From an uncultured Thermoplasmata archaeon (GTDB lineage Archaea; Thermoplasmatota; Thermoplasmata; Halarchaeoplasmatales; Halarchaeoplasmataceae), in assembly GCA_964486225.1 (NCBI GenBank), contig CAZAMQ010000002.1:1-61562 (forward strand): a DNA stretch of 61,562 nt, read 5' to 3'. This document shows, in pieces, positions 7,987 through 16,706 of this stretch. Under the pieces are notes generated by a model. It did no database searches. It worked only from the letters and a program-made list of their open reading frames with translations, and had not been told where the DNA came from. The translations under genes were made by a program, and so were the position numbers. Numbering within the stretch: position 1 is the stretch's first letter; every line of letters starts with the position of its first letter.

Positions 7987-9585
7987 ATGAAACCCAAGAT
8001 ATACTCGAATTTAAAAAACAATAAGGTCGGACCCCTTTGGGTTGTAACCTATCTGATAATCGTAGGGGCTATCAGCTTTGCCTTTAGAGCCGGCTTTAAC
8101 TCGAACGTAAGATATTCTTACCTTATACTTACTACCGAAATACTCGTACTCAGCCTGTATTTCTTTATCATCCTCATAATTTACAGAATTTTAGCTAAAA
8201 GAATACCTATCGATTATATTTTACAAAATACCATGTCCTTCTACTGGCTTTTGGCTCTGACACCGCTTATTACAGGTCTATCAGGAGAGGCTGTTAGCAA
8301 CACACGTTTAATCTCTGTATCAAATCTATTATGTATCCAAAACGAAACGGGTATCGTTTTATCGTTCGTGGTCATGATCTCCTTTTTATTTTGTTATCGT
8401 ATTTTCACTTACTATCCTACGGTACGCAACGGCCTAAAATATAGCTCTCTGGCCTTCACAACCTCACTTGTTTTTTCAATACCTACATTATTCATCAGAC
8501 GTGTAGTCATACAAGATAGCAAATTCTTACTTTACGCATTTATACAATCGGATTTACTTTCCAGTGGTGGATTACCATCTATCCAACAGCCTACCGCTCT
8601 TCTGATCAATCAAGGATATCATCTAAACCTCGTATTAATCTTGATCGAAATATCTGTTATCGTATCTGTTCTCCTGTATCTCACTTCAAAAAATTTTTTC
8701 ACCTCGTTGTTCAAGAACCTAAAACCCTTTCGCACACTTCACTTCATCATGTTAGTTATTATAGGAGTTATCGTGGTCAGAAAAGTGAGTCCCGATTACG
8801 TGCTAGATCCCTTGGCATTGAACCATTTTCCATTCGTTTTTATAGCTGTATTTTGCAGTGCTTTTTTCGTATGGCAATTCACATCGCTTCTTAACGACCT
8901 CTATGATGTTACAATAGATAAACTAGCCCATCCGGACAGACCACTGGTTATTGGTCATGGATATGAAAGCGTATACTTCGAACTGTGCATAGCGATCATT
9001 ATCGTCTCATCGTGGTTAACCCTCCTGTTAGGACCTTTGATATTCGCCTTGAACACCATTGCTATTGCTACCGCAGTTATTTACTCCGTTCCTCCCATAA
9101 GGCTAAGGAGCAGAGCATTTGGTCATATCTGCATAGGATTGGGAAGTGTAATAGCCTTACTAGTGGGCGTTTACTCACCTACTCGTTGGGTCTACGGCAT
9201 CGTATTCAATGACCCTTACCACATGAGGAACATACCATTTTATCCTGAGATCCTTCAGATAGCGATTTTACTCTTTATCGTTCTTTCCATCTCACCTCTT
9301 ATCAATGCGATCTCGGACTATGAAGGAGATCTAAGCTCAGGAGTAAAAAATGTTTATACCGTCTATGGTTTCGAAAGAGGGAAGAAGATAGTTTCTATAC
9401 TTATAGTTCTTCTATTCCTATCGCCTTTATTGATGTTTCAGAGCGTACTAGATATTATCCTGCTCACACTGGCAGCAATGATCTCTTCTATCATCTTCTA
9501 TAAAAAAGAGAAGTGGAGGATACTTTTTGGCCTTTATTTCCTCATCCTAATTTACTGCATGTTCAGATTTCTCGAGTTCATCTGA
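7987..9585 (+). CDS. polytopic membrane protein with C-terminal UbiA-family prenyltransferase domain
   Basis: 532 aa, hydrophobic throughout. Asp-rich motifs NDLYDVTIDK..HPDRPL and DYEGD in the C-terminal half. The N-terminal ~290 aa has no recognised motif. Confidence 0.65.
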   Translation: MKPKIYSNLKNNKVGPLWVVTYLIIVGAISFAFRAGFNSNVRYSYLILTTEILVLSLYFFIILIIYRILAKRIPIDYILQNTMSFYWLLALTPLITGLSGEAVSNTRLISVSNLLCIQNETGIVLSFVVMISFLFCYRIFTYYPTVRNGLKYSSLAFTTSLVFSIPTLFIRRVVIQDSKFLLYAFIQSDLLSSGGLPSIQQPTALLINQGYHLNLVLILIEISVIVSVLLYLTSKNFFTSLFKNLKPFRTLHFIMLVIIGVIVVRKVSPDYVLDPLALNHFPFVFIAVFCSAFFVWQFTSLLNDLYDVTIDKLAHPDRPLVIGHGYESVYFELCIAIIIVSSWLTLLLGPLIFALNTIAIATAVIYSVPPIRLRSRAFGHICIGLGSVIALLVGVYSPTRWVYGIVFNDPYHMRNIPFYPEILQIAILLFIVLSISPLINAISDYEGDLSSGVKNVYTVYGFERGKKIVSILIVLLFLSPLLMFQSVLDIILLTLAAMISSIIFYKKEKWRILFGLYFLILIYCMFRFLEFI

Positions 9586-9616
9586 TAGAGAGCATAATCC
9601 AACCAACAGATACGAT

Positions 9617-10090
9617 TCAAAAACCCCTTGTTGTTCTAACTTCTCCACCGCATACCTCACATTCTTCCACGCCCTCTCGATACCAGCGGCCGCACTTCCT
9701 GCATCTGTAACTCCACATGTATTCCTTTTTGATACCTTTTTGGGAGATCCCGCTGTAAGAGATATCCATATTTTTTGCCATGTTTTGAATCGAATAATCA
9801 TCTGTTAATATCTCGGCATTCAGATGTAAAGCAAGTGCGATCACCTCAACATCCGTTCTGGACAAACGCAAATAGTCTCCAGTACTCTTAGCTTTCTTTT
9901 CCACCGCCTCAATAAAGGCTCCCGGAGGAGTAACTACCTTAAGACCGGCGGCCATCATAAATTTGACCTTCCTGTACCACCTTCCGCCTTTTTTTATCTC
10001 ATCCAACACTCCAGGCGGTACGTATACATCAACGGTAAGAGGTAAATCCTTCCCGGATAATACAGCAGAGGTGTCAAGAACGTAACTCAT
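9617..10090 (-). CDS. Nob1-like PIN-domain endoribonuclease with C-terminal zinc ribbon
   Basis: Start taken at MSYVLDTSAV (PIN N-terminal Asp motif). C-terminal CRKCGRWY..CEVCGG zinc ribbon. Confidence 0.7.
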   Translation of the reverse strand: MSYVLDTSAVLSGKDLPLTVDVYVPPGVLDEIKKGGRWYRKVKFMMAAGLKVVTPPGAFIEAVEKKAKSTGDYLRLSRTDVEVIALALHLNAEILTDDYSIQNMAKNMDISYSGISQKGIKKEYMWSYRCRKCGRWYREGVEECEVCGGEVRTTRGF

Positions 10091-10166
10091 GTAATATAAC
10101 ATATACAAGGGAGGTAATATCATTTACCACCGCGAAACATATTTATCAGGGAACAAATCACCCTTT

Positions 10167-10691
10167 ATGACAATCTATGAATTTGAAGGGAGAACACCCC
10201 AAATACACAAGAGCTCGTATGTAAGTAAAAGTGCTGAAATCATCGGAGATGTGAAGATAGGAGAAAAATGCTTCATCGGACCTGGTGCAAAATTAAAGGG
10301 TGACTATGGAACCATCATCATCGGAAACAGTTCTAATGTACAGGAAAATTGTGTTATCCACGCAAGACCTGGTGAAAAGACGATGATAGGGGATTACGTT
10401 TCCATAGGACACGCTGCAATAATCCATGGTGCTACCATAAAAGATTATGCAGTTATAGGTATGGGTGCTATAGTTAGTGATTTCACTGAGGTGGGCGAAT
10501 GGGGTGCAGTGGGTGAAGGCGCGGTAGTTGTGAGTGGTAAAGAGGTTCCCGACCAAGGAATCGCGGTGGGTATACCTGCAAAAGTTGTGGGCTCTGTAGA
10601 CGAAGATTACAAGAAGATGTGGACCGAGTATAAGGAATTATACCGTTCCCTTGCAGAGAGATACAAGGATGGGTTGAAAGCCTTGGATTGA
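10167..10691 (+). CDS. gamma-carbonic-anhydrase-like left-handed beta-helix (hexapeptide repeat) protein
   Basis: 174 aa. Repeated hexapeptide pattern (IGDVKIGEKCFIGPGAKL..IIIGNSSNVQENCVIH..IGDYVSIGHAAIIHG). Confidence 0.8.
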   Translation: MTIYEFEGRTPQIHKSSYVSKSAEIIGDVKIGEKCFIGPGAKLKGDYGTIIIGNSSNVQENCVIHARPGEKTMIGDYVSIGHAAIIHGATIKDYAVIGMGAIVSDFTEVGEWGAVGEGAVVVSGKEVPDQGIAVGIPAKVVGSVDEDYKKMWTEYKELYRSLAERYKDGLKALD

Positions 10692-10693
10692 AC

Positions 10694-12325
10694 TCAATCT
10701 GAAAAAAAGGCATACCGGAGTATCCTCTTTGCGATATCTCTATCGTCTAACGCTGTCTGTAAATCATCCTCAGACGAAGGCCTTGCACGGAAGATATTTG
10801 CCGCCCTTTTTTCACCTACTCCAGGAAGTGCTTTTAATTCCGAAAAACTTGCCTTATCGATGAAGAAGGGATGGTGTAACCCGGTGATACTGCGGTACCC
10901 GTGATCGGTTATGATAACATCGTAGTACTCGCCTATCCTGAGAGGGTATTCAACACCGATCAAGATAGGGTAGGTACCTATTTGCCTACCAAAAGTTACT
11001 TTTCCTCGGTGTAACTCCATATAAACATCCCTAAGTACGGTTCCTTTAGGAAGCATATTCTTCAGCATTACTCTGTCGATTTTTTCCCTGACCATAGATT
11101 TGAATTTTTTAAATTTGTTCGGGTATCTCAGGTCATTTTCGATACGATGAGAGAGTACCTGACGTATATTTATCCTCCTCAAGAGCAGGCCAGAATCCAG
11201 TATCTTCTGCAAAAAAGAAAGATTTGTAGTAAAAGTTTCCGGTCTTTCCCCTTTCAACCCTACAAGGAAATTGATCCCAGGTAGCAATTCGGGCATACCG
11301 TTTTCCCCTTTACTAGCCCCTACCTTGTTTATCATCATCACCGACCTTTCAACATCCTCCGGTGTAGCGTTCAGGTTGTTGGCCTCTATAACCCGAGGGT
11401 CTGCAGATTCCATACCAAGTGCCAATATATTCCCAGATGTGGTATGTTCAACAAGTATATTCAATATCTCATTGGTTTCTTCGGGATGGGCGGCCATCAC
11501 CCCGGGATTGGCATTGTCGATATGTAGCACCCTAATATCAGGGCATCTACTGTTGATCCCTTGGAACAATCTTCTTAACTCGTCCGGCCTAGGGACCGGT
11601 CTTTCTTTGATCCCCACGTCTTCTGCTTTATAACTGATGATACAAGACTGCCCGCCCAACCTGAAATTTCGAATGCCTGATTTGTACAGCTCGGAAACTT
11701 CAGCTATCACGTCATCCTGTTCTCTGAATTCAGGTTTTCCGTATCCAGGCTCCGAACAAAATGAGCAACCGCCTGTAAAATAACGCACACACCCTCTGTA
11801 TGTGCTTACCTCCGCAAGAAGAGGGTCCGGGTATAAGTCGTGTCTTTGAACCACCTTTGCGCCCAGGATGAGCCATCTCTCCCTTTCTTCTATCGTCCCC
11901 CATCTGTCTTTAGGATCACCCTTCAACGATTCGTGCAGATAGGCAGAAAGGTCCTTCAAAGAGATATGGTCGTATGATATATCGTCCATTGCTCTTGCTA
12001 GTGGACCTCCCAGATACGTTTCTCTTTCGGTAATATTCTGTCCCAATTCTATGCACTCCCGTTGACTGAGAGGGGTACCGCCTAAATACTTGCCGGGCAC
12101 CGTAGTGCCTCCGTGTACAATAAGGATCTCCGAAGGGGGCAATCCGAATTTTCTGTACTCATCGGCTGTAATGTAATCCCAGGTTAGACCGGCTTCTTCG
12201 AGTACACCTGCTAATAACCTGGGCTCCGGTGATACAAATGGAGGCACCCCGAGCAAGGCTGGTTCGTCCACGTAGCCGTCAAGTATTACGGCATGGACCT
12301 TTTTTGGCCTAACACGAGATGTCAT
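10694..12325 (-). CDS. radical SAM protein with C-terminal helix-hairpin-helix
   Basis: 543 aa. Cys cluster GCVRYFTGGCSFCSEP. C-terminal LKALPGVGEKRAANIF HhH motif. Confidence 0.7.
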   Translation of the reverse strand: MTSRVRPKKVHAVILDGYVDEPALLGVPPFVSPEPRLLAGVLEEAGLTWDYITADEYRKFGLPPSEILIVHGGTTVPGKYLGGTPLSQRECIELGQNITERETYLGGPLARAMDDISYDHISLKDLSAYLHESLKGDPKDRWGTIEERERWLILGAKVVQRHDLYPDPLLAEVSTYRGCVRYFTGGCSFCSEPGYGKPEFREQDDVIAEVSELYKSGIRNFRLGGQSCIISYKAEDVGIKERPVPRPDELRRLFQGINSRCPDIRVLHIDNANPGVMAAHPEETNEILNILVEHTTSGNILALGMESADPRVIEANNLNATPEDVERSVMMINKVGASKGENGMPELLPGINFLVGLKGERPETFTTNLSFLQKILDSGLLLRRINIRQVLSHRIENDLRYPNKFKKFKSMVREKIDRVMLKNMLPKGTVLRDVYMELHRGKVTFGRQIGTYPILIGVEYPLRIGEYYDVIITDHGYRSITGLHHPFFIDKASFSELKALPGVGEKRAANIFRARPSSEDDLQTALDDRDIAKRILRYAFFSD

Positions 12326-12328
12326 GAT

Positions 12329-12628
12329 TTATTCCTCAAAAAGTATCTTTCGCACCTTCTTGATAGTTCCACTTGTTACAATGGTCTTCACCTTCCCACC
12401 TCCGATCTCCATTGAGTTGAGTAATTCTATGGTCCTATCTTTACCTGAATGTTTACACCTCAATATACCCTTACTATCGTTAAATATCGTGAGCCAGGGT
12501 TCGATGTCCGCGTATTCATCTCCACTAAATGATCTTCTGATTGTCCTGATCATATCCTTTCTATCTACCCCACGATCACCAATTATCTCAAAACCAACAT
12601 ACCTGTACCTCTTGTTCTTTACCGCCAT
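12329..12628 (-). CDS. RNase P protein component 2 (Pop5/Rpp14 family)
   Basis: 99 aa. KRYRYVGFEI, GILRCKH and C-terminal TSGTIKKVRK match the archaeal Pop5 pattern (KKRYI.F.., GIVRC.., SGTIKRLK). Confidence 0.75.
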   Translation of the reverse strand: MAVKNKRYRYVGFEIIGDRGVDRKDMIRTIRRSFSGDEYADIEPWLTIFNDSKGILRCKHSGKDRTIELLNSMEIGGGKVKTIVTSGTIKKVRKILFEE

Positions 12629-12853
12629 GTTTCATCACCGCCGAAGGTGTACAGATACTGGGTTTCCGTATCCATTATATCATACCAATAATATTGCCCG
12701 TATATAAAATTGTCCGACTGAATCATTCTATATTTATAGTGGAGAATGTGTCTGTTTTCATGATAACGACTTTTGCTTTAACACCTATTACCTCCCAAAA
12801 AACTGTTCTTTATTGATCTTCGGAAAGCCGTTAATTCTGTCATCAACGGTAGA

Positions 12854-13309
12854 CTAATAAGGAGGAATGTTATCTGTGAACGGTTCGCCCTGGAACCAAC
12901 TCGGTTCGAACCGAAGTATATCTCCTGTCTCATCCATGGGCACCTCGAAAACTACCCAGAAGGTGATGGTTGCCCCTGCTATAATCCTATCAGGGGCACC
13001 TTGAGTTCGTGCATTAACGTACACAGAACCTTCCGCGGTTAGCAGTTCAAAATACCATGCATGCAGTGATAGATCTTCTTTTTCGTTCAGGTTCGTTAGC
13101 TCCACTTGGACCCAGAGAAATTCGTATCCGTCTTTAGGGGTCATCCAAGTTGGGGTCCCGGTCATTCTCGCTTCCGCGTCCAATACCTCCATCTCCGCTT
13201 GTGCTTTATCTTCTTCCACACATCCCGTAAGGGCAGCTGCGGACAATATCATAACTCCTAGTATTAGAAATATGAATAGTTTATCACCGAGGCCCGCTCC
13301 TTTTATCAT
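12854..13309 (-). CDS. hypothetical lipoprotein
   Basis: 151 aa. Signal peptide with lipobox-like LTGC. Beta-rich acidic mature part. Confidence 0.5.
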   Translation of the reverse strand: MIKGAGLGDKLFIFLILGVMILSAAALTGCVEEDKAQAEMEVLDAEARMTGTPTWMTPKDGYEFLWVQVELTNLNEKEDLSLHAWYFELLTAEGSVYVNARTQGAPDRIIAGATITFWVVFEVPMDETGDILRFEPSWFQGEPFTDNIPPY

Positions 13310-13360
13310 ACAGAATTAATAAGACCTTAACTAAAAATACTTTGTGCTGCTAAATTTGGA

Positions 13361-13375
13361 TGCCCGATCCGGGAT
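13361..13375 (-). repeat. 15-nt exact copy of the tRNA-Arg 3' end
   Basis: TGCCCGATCCGGGAT at 13361-13375 equals 13540-13554. Degenerate similarity continues for ~8 nt. Confidence 0.7.
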
Positions 13376-13539
13376 CCATTCGGAATGCCTACTACGTAGT
13401 AATTCCAAAAGCTCGCAAAATCACAAGCGATTTTGCTCGTCGAACAAGTTCTCAGCTCGGAACGAGTTCCAAGCGTTCACAAATCATAGATTTGTTCTCA
13501 TCCCGTCTCGTTCACTTTTCCTCCCATCGGTCGTAAAAG

Positions 13540-13613
13540 TGCCCGATCCGGGATTCGAACCCGGGTAAGAGGCTCCGCAGGCCCCTATGATATCCAGACT
13601 ACACTAATCGGGC
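13540..13613 (-). tRNA. tRNA-Arg (anticodon GCG)
   Basis: 74 nt on the minus strand. Acceptor GCCCGAT/ATCGGGC, anticodon stem GGGGC/GCCTC with loop CTGCGGA, T-arm CCGGG-TTCGAAT-CCCGG. The D-arm pairs imperfectly. Confidence 0.8.
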
Positions 13614-13652
13614 TGTTAGATAAAATAGAGGATGATACGCTTCTAGTTTAAT

Positions 13653-14753
13653 TTATCGCTCTTTTTCGGCAATGGGCCACCTCTCCACCTCGAGAGCGTC
13701 TGCGGTAGGATATACCTCTATCCCATAGCATTTGTCATCCAACTTCGGTGCGATTTCTTCCAGTATCGGCAAGTATATCTCTACCCTATCTTTGCCAACA
13801 TCGTGCCATAACTTATGAGCGGGTACATCGTAATCCTTCACCAGCAACTCGATCATCTCTTCGGGCCTTTTGCAATCGATCACACCCTTTACAAGTGTTC
13901 CGTCATCGGTGATTATCTCCCACTCTCGTACCACACGCTGGGCTCTCCTCATTATTCTGTTCCTTAACTGTATGCCGTCCTTGAACGATGCCGAACAGTA
14001 ATGCACCGACGTCCCGTGGTCGATAGTCATCAACTCCAAGGCAAATTCTTGACTACCTCTCGCTGCACTAGAGACGTCGCTCTTTTCCTTGAACCCTCTA
14101 CTCAGCAATTCTTCCCAGTTGGTTGAAGAGAACTCCAGCTCGTTCAAATTCACAAAATCGACAAGGGGCCCTAAGATCTTCAGCAGATGAAGGGTCTCTT
14201 TGCTTAAAAAAGGTATCGAAGGTATCTCGATACCTACATCTATAGGGTATCTCTTCAATTCTTGCAGGATATGAGGATACTCGGTATCCTCGATGATATT
14301 CCATGTCTCCACCGGCGGATGAAACCTGATCTCGTCGAGACCCATCTGGCACGCCCTTCGTATCTTGTCGATATCGGTTATTTGTGTATATAGATGTATG
14401 TGATGGGCATCACCGAAAGCCTCCTTGAGAGCTGCTATGTATGCAAAGGTCTTGTCCGTCATCAGGGGGTCGCCTCCGGTTATTCCGGTTCCCAATGCCC
14501 CTATATCCCTCGCCTCTTGAATAATATCTTCTTCACCGGACGTAATAAGTTCATTCGCATATACTATATTCTTACCCTTTTTCTCTTCTGACAACGGACA
14601 GTACCAGCAACTACCTTCACAACGGCCGGTGACCAGGAGGACCATCTTCGCACCCAGTGTGCAGTAACTACAGCCCTTTGGTAAGTTACCGGTAAAGGCC
14701 GAATCATTGTCAAGCTTGTTCAATTTCACAGAAAGAATAGATTGAGAAGACAA
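13653..14753 (-). CDS. radical SAM protein (pyruvate formate-lyase-activase-related type)
   Basis: 366 aa. CxxxCxxC motif in GRCEGSCWYCPLS. GGDPL motif. Confidence 0.7.
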   Translation of the reverse strand: MSSQSILSVKLNKLDNDSAFTGNLPKGCSYCTLGAKMVLLVTGRCEGSCWYCPLSEEKKGKNIVYANELITSGEEDIIQEARDIGALGTGITGGDPLMTDKTFAYIAALKEAFGDAHHIHLYTQITDIDKIRRACQMGLDEIRFHPPVETWNIIEDTEYPHILQELKRYPIDVGIEIPSIPFLSKETLHLLKILGPLVDFVNLNELEFSSTNWEELLSRGFKEKSDVSSAARGSQEFALELMTIDHGTSVHYCSASFKDGIQLRNRIMRRAQRVVREWEIITDDGTLVKGVIDCKRPEEMIELLVKDYDVPAHKLWHDVGKDRVEIYLPILEEIAPKLDDKCYGIEVYPTADALEVERWPIAEKER

Positions 14754-14802
14754 TATAATCTTTACGCTGGGAAAATGTTTTACACCCCAAACCGATAGCA
14801 GG

Positions 14803-15612
14803 ATGATGATTTACTTGGGACCCGGGGGTACACCCCACGGAGTAAAGGGAACAGAGGCGAGCATGGCCTACTTAGCCGAAGAAGGATTGAACGCTATGGA
14901 AGTTCAATTTGTTAGAGGAGCTAGGATGAAGGAATCAACTGCAGAGAGGATCGGTGAGGAGGCCGCTAAAAATGGTATACGCCTGAGCATCCACGCTCCG
15001 TACTATATCAACCTCAACTCCGATAAGGACGACATAATAGCAAAAAGTAAAGAGCGAATAATGAAGAGTGCACGTCTGGGCGATATAATGGGTGCTAAGG
15101 TTATCACAGTACACGCAGGTTATTACGGTGAACTAAGCAGTGAAGACGCCACAGATATTATCGGTAAGAACGTCGTCGAATGTGCTGAGATGATAAAAGA
15201 AGAGTCCTTGAATGTGAAGATAGGCCTGGAACAGATGGGGAGGAAGAAAAGCTGGGGCACCCTGGACGAGATCGCCAAGGTGATGAGAATGACTGAACAC
15301 ATCGTTCCCGTACTGGACTTCGCCCATTACCATGCACGTTATGATGGTATTCTGAAAACGGAAAACGATTTTCACGAGTTGTTGAACAAGTACGAGAAGA
15401 TCCACAAGGGACCACTGCACTCGCACTTTTCCTCCATCGAGTACAACGATACCGGGGAACGCTCACATCTTAACGTTGAAGACAGGGACCCTGATTTCTC
15501 ACTTCTCGCACCCGTGCTAAAGGAAAAAGACTACGATATCACAGTGATATGCGAGACGCCCGAACTGGACCGTGACAGTCTGCGGATGAAGAAGATGCTG
15601 GAGTCCGTCTGA
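14803..15612 (+). CDS. endonuclease IV-like TIM-barrel protein (AP endonuclease family 2)
   Basis: 269 aa. LSIHAPYYINLNS, ITVHAGYY, GLEQMG, DFAHYHA, HSHFS, VICETP metal-ligand-like pattern. Confidence 0.65.
   Translation: MMIYLGPGGTPHGVKGTEASMAYLAEEGLNAMEVQFVRGARMKESTAERIGEEAAKNGIRLSIHAPYYINLNSDKDDIIAKSKERIMKSARLGDIMGAKVITVHAGYYGELSSEDATDIIGKNVVECAEMIKEESLNVKIGLEQMGRKKSWGTLDEIAKVMRMTEHIVPVLDFAHYHARYDGILKTENDFHELLNKYEKIHKGPLHSHFSSIEYNDTGERSHLNVEDRDPDFSLLAPVLKEKDYDITVICETPELDRDSLRMKKMLESV
15518..15602 (+). repeat. 85-bp direct repeat, proximal copy (attL-like), inside the 3' end of the endonuclease IV-like CDS
   Basis: 84/85 identical to 27446-27530. The single difference is GAC versus GAT. 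Confidence 0.95.
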
Positions 15613-15798
15613 TCTAGTTTTCCACCGGTCCGTTCTATCTATATTAGGGAAAGCTGTAATAGAGATATATGTTATTTAATTTACCGGAGTTACGGTTATA
15701 AAATATTGTTCGGACCGAGTTTCATCTTGCTTTTTATTGGGGTTTCGATTCTAGAAGAATTTATGATTTAGTCTTTGGGTGCGTTCGCCACAATAGTA

Positions 15799-15854
15799 TT
15801 ACTTATTAAGGTAATAATACGAGTATACTTACTGTAAAAGGTAAGTTTATATAC
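15799..15854 (+). promoter_or_regulatory. two operator-like 16-bp sites plus TATA box upstream of the AbiEi-like gene
   Basis: TTACTTATTAAGGTAA (15799-15814) and TTACTGTAAAAGGTAA (15829-15844) lie 30 bp apart, each with TTAC/GTAA inverted arms. TTTATATA at 15847-15854 ends 22 nt before ATG 15876. Confidence 0.45.
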
Positions 15855-15875
15855 CTGTATAGAAATATCGTAACG

Positions 15876-16706
15876 ATGACGGATAAAAAAACCATACTTC
15901 AGCAGCTTTTCGGGACCACTACGAAGGTCAAGATACTAGAACACTTGATAATGGAAGGCGATGGCATCTCCAGGTATGCTTTAAGTAAAATGGTCGGAAC
16001 CGGTGTCGGCCCAACATACAACCAGGTGGATCAATTGATCGCTGTCGGGGCCTTGAGAGAATCCGACGATAAGATAGTGTTGGATACCTCATTTCCGTTC
16101 TATGAATCTATCGAGGATCTTGTGGTTTCAACGAATGACTATCTGGACGACCTACGTATCTTGCTCCAACGGTTAGATAGACTATATAGCCCCGATTATT
16201 ATATATCAGGATATCTGGCCGCTTGTCAAAATGGTTTTCCCATGGACCATGAACAGGACACTGTGCTTGTGGCACTTGTGAACCCCGATCACCGATCAAA
16301 AAGGTATGTCAATGCTCTGTCGGAATGTACGTCTACCCACCTGCGATTGTTCCCCGTTGAATGTATAGAACGCGACATCAAAAGGATCGACATATATGGC
16401 TCAGAGATATGGCTTGCCTCCTTCGAGAGAGGGATTGTGGATTGTATCGCATACGATGAAAGCGGGATATATCCTGTTGCCTTGCTTCTTATCCAGAATG
16501 CCATAAAAGGAGATGTACGATGGGACATGTTGCTCCGGATAGCCGAAGAAAGAGGAGTACTGGATATGTTTTCGAAGATCCTCCGTGAGATCAGCCTTAC
16601 CTCCATAGAGATACCCGAAGATATCCTTACGGGACAAAAGGTCGAAAGTGATAACGAGGTAAGAAAAACCGTCATGAATGCTTTAAACACTGTGAGAGGG
16701 GGATGA
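15876..16706 (+). CDS. AbiEi-like antitoxin / wHTH transcriptional regulator
   Basis: 276 aa. N-terminal wHTH (KVKILEHLIMEGDGISRYALSKMVG). C-terminal domain with an ASFERGIVDCI-type motif. The stop overlaps the start of the next gene. Confidence 0.55.
   Translation: MTDKKTILQQLFGTTTKVKILEHLIMEGDGISRYALSKMVGTGVGPTYNQVDQLIAVGALRESDDKIVLDTSFPFYESIEDLVVSTNDYLDDLRILLQRLDRLYSPDYYISGYLAACQNGFPMDHEQDTVLVALVNPDHRSKRYVNALSECTSTHLRLFPVECIERDIKRIDIYGSEIWLASFERGIVDCIAYDESGIYPVALLLIQNAIKGDVRWDMLLRIAEERGVLDMFSKILREISLTSIEIPEDILTGQKVESDNEVRKTVMNALNTVRGG

Noticed and set aside
9547-9801. 84-aa minus-strand and 65-aa plus-strand ORFs at the UbiA/Nob1 junction
   Set aside because: They overlap the 3' ends of two convergent well-supported genes in other frames and have no motifs.
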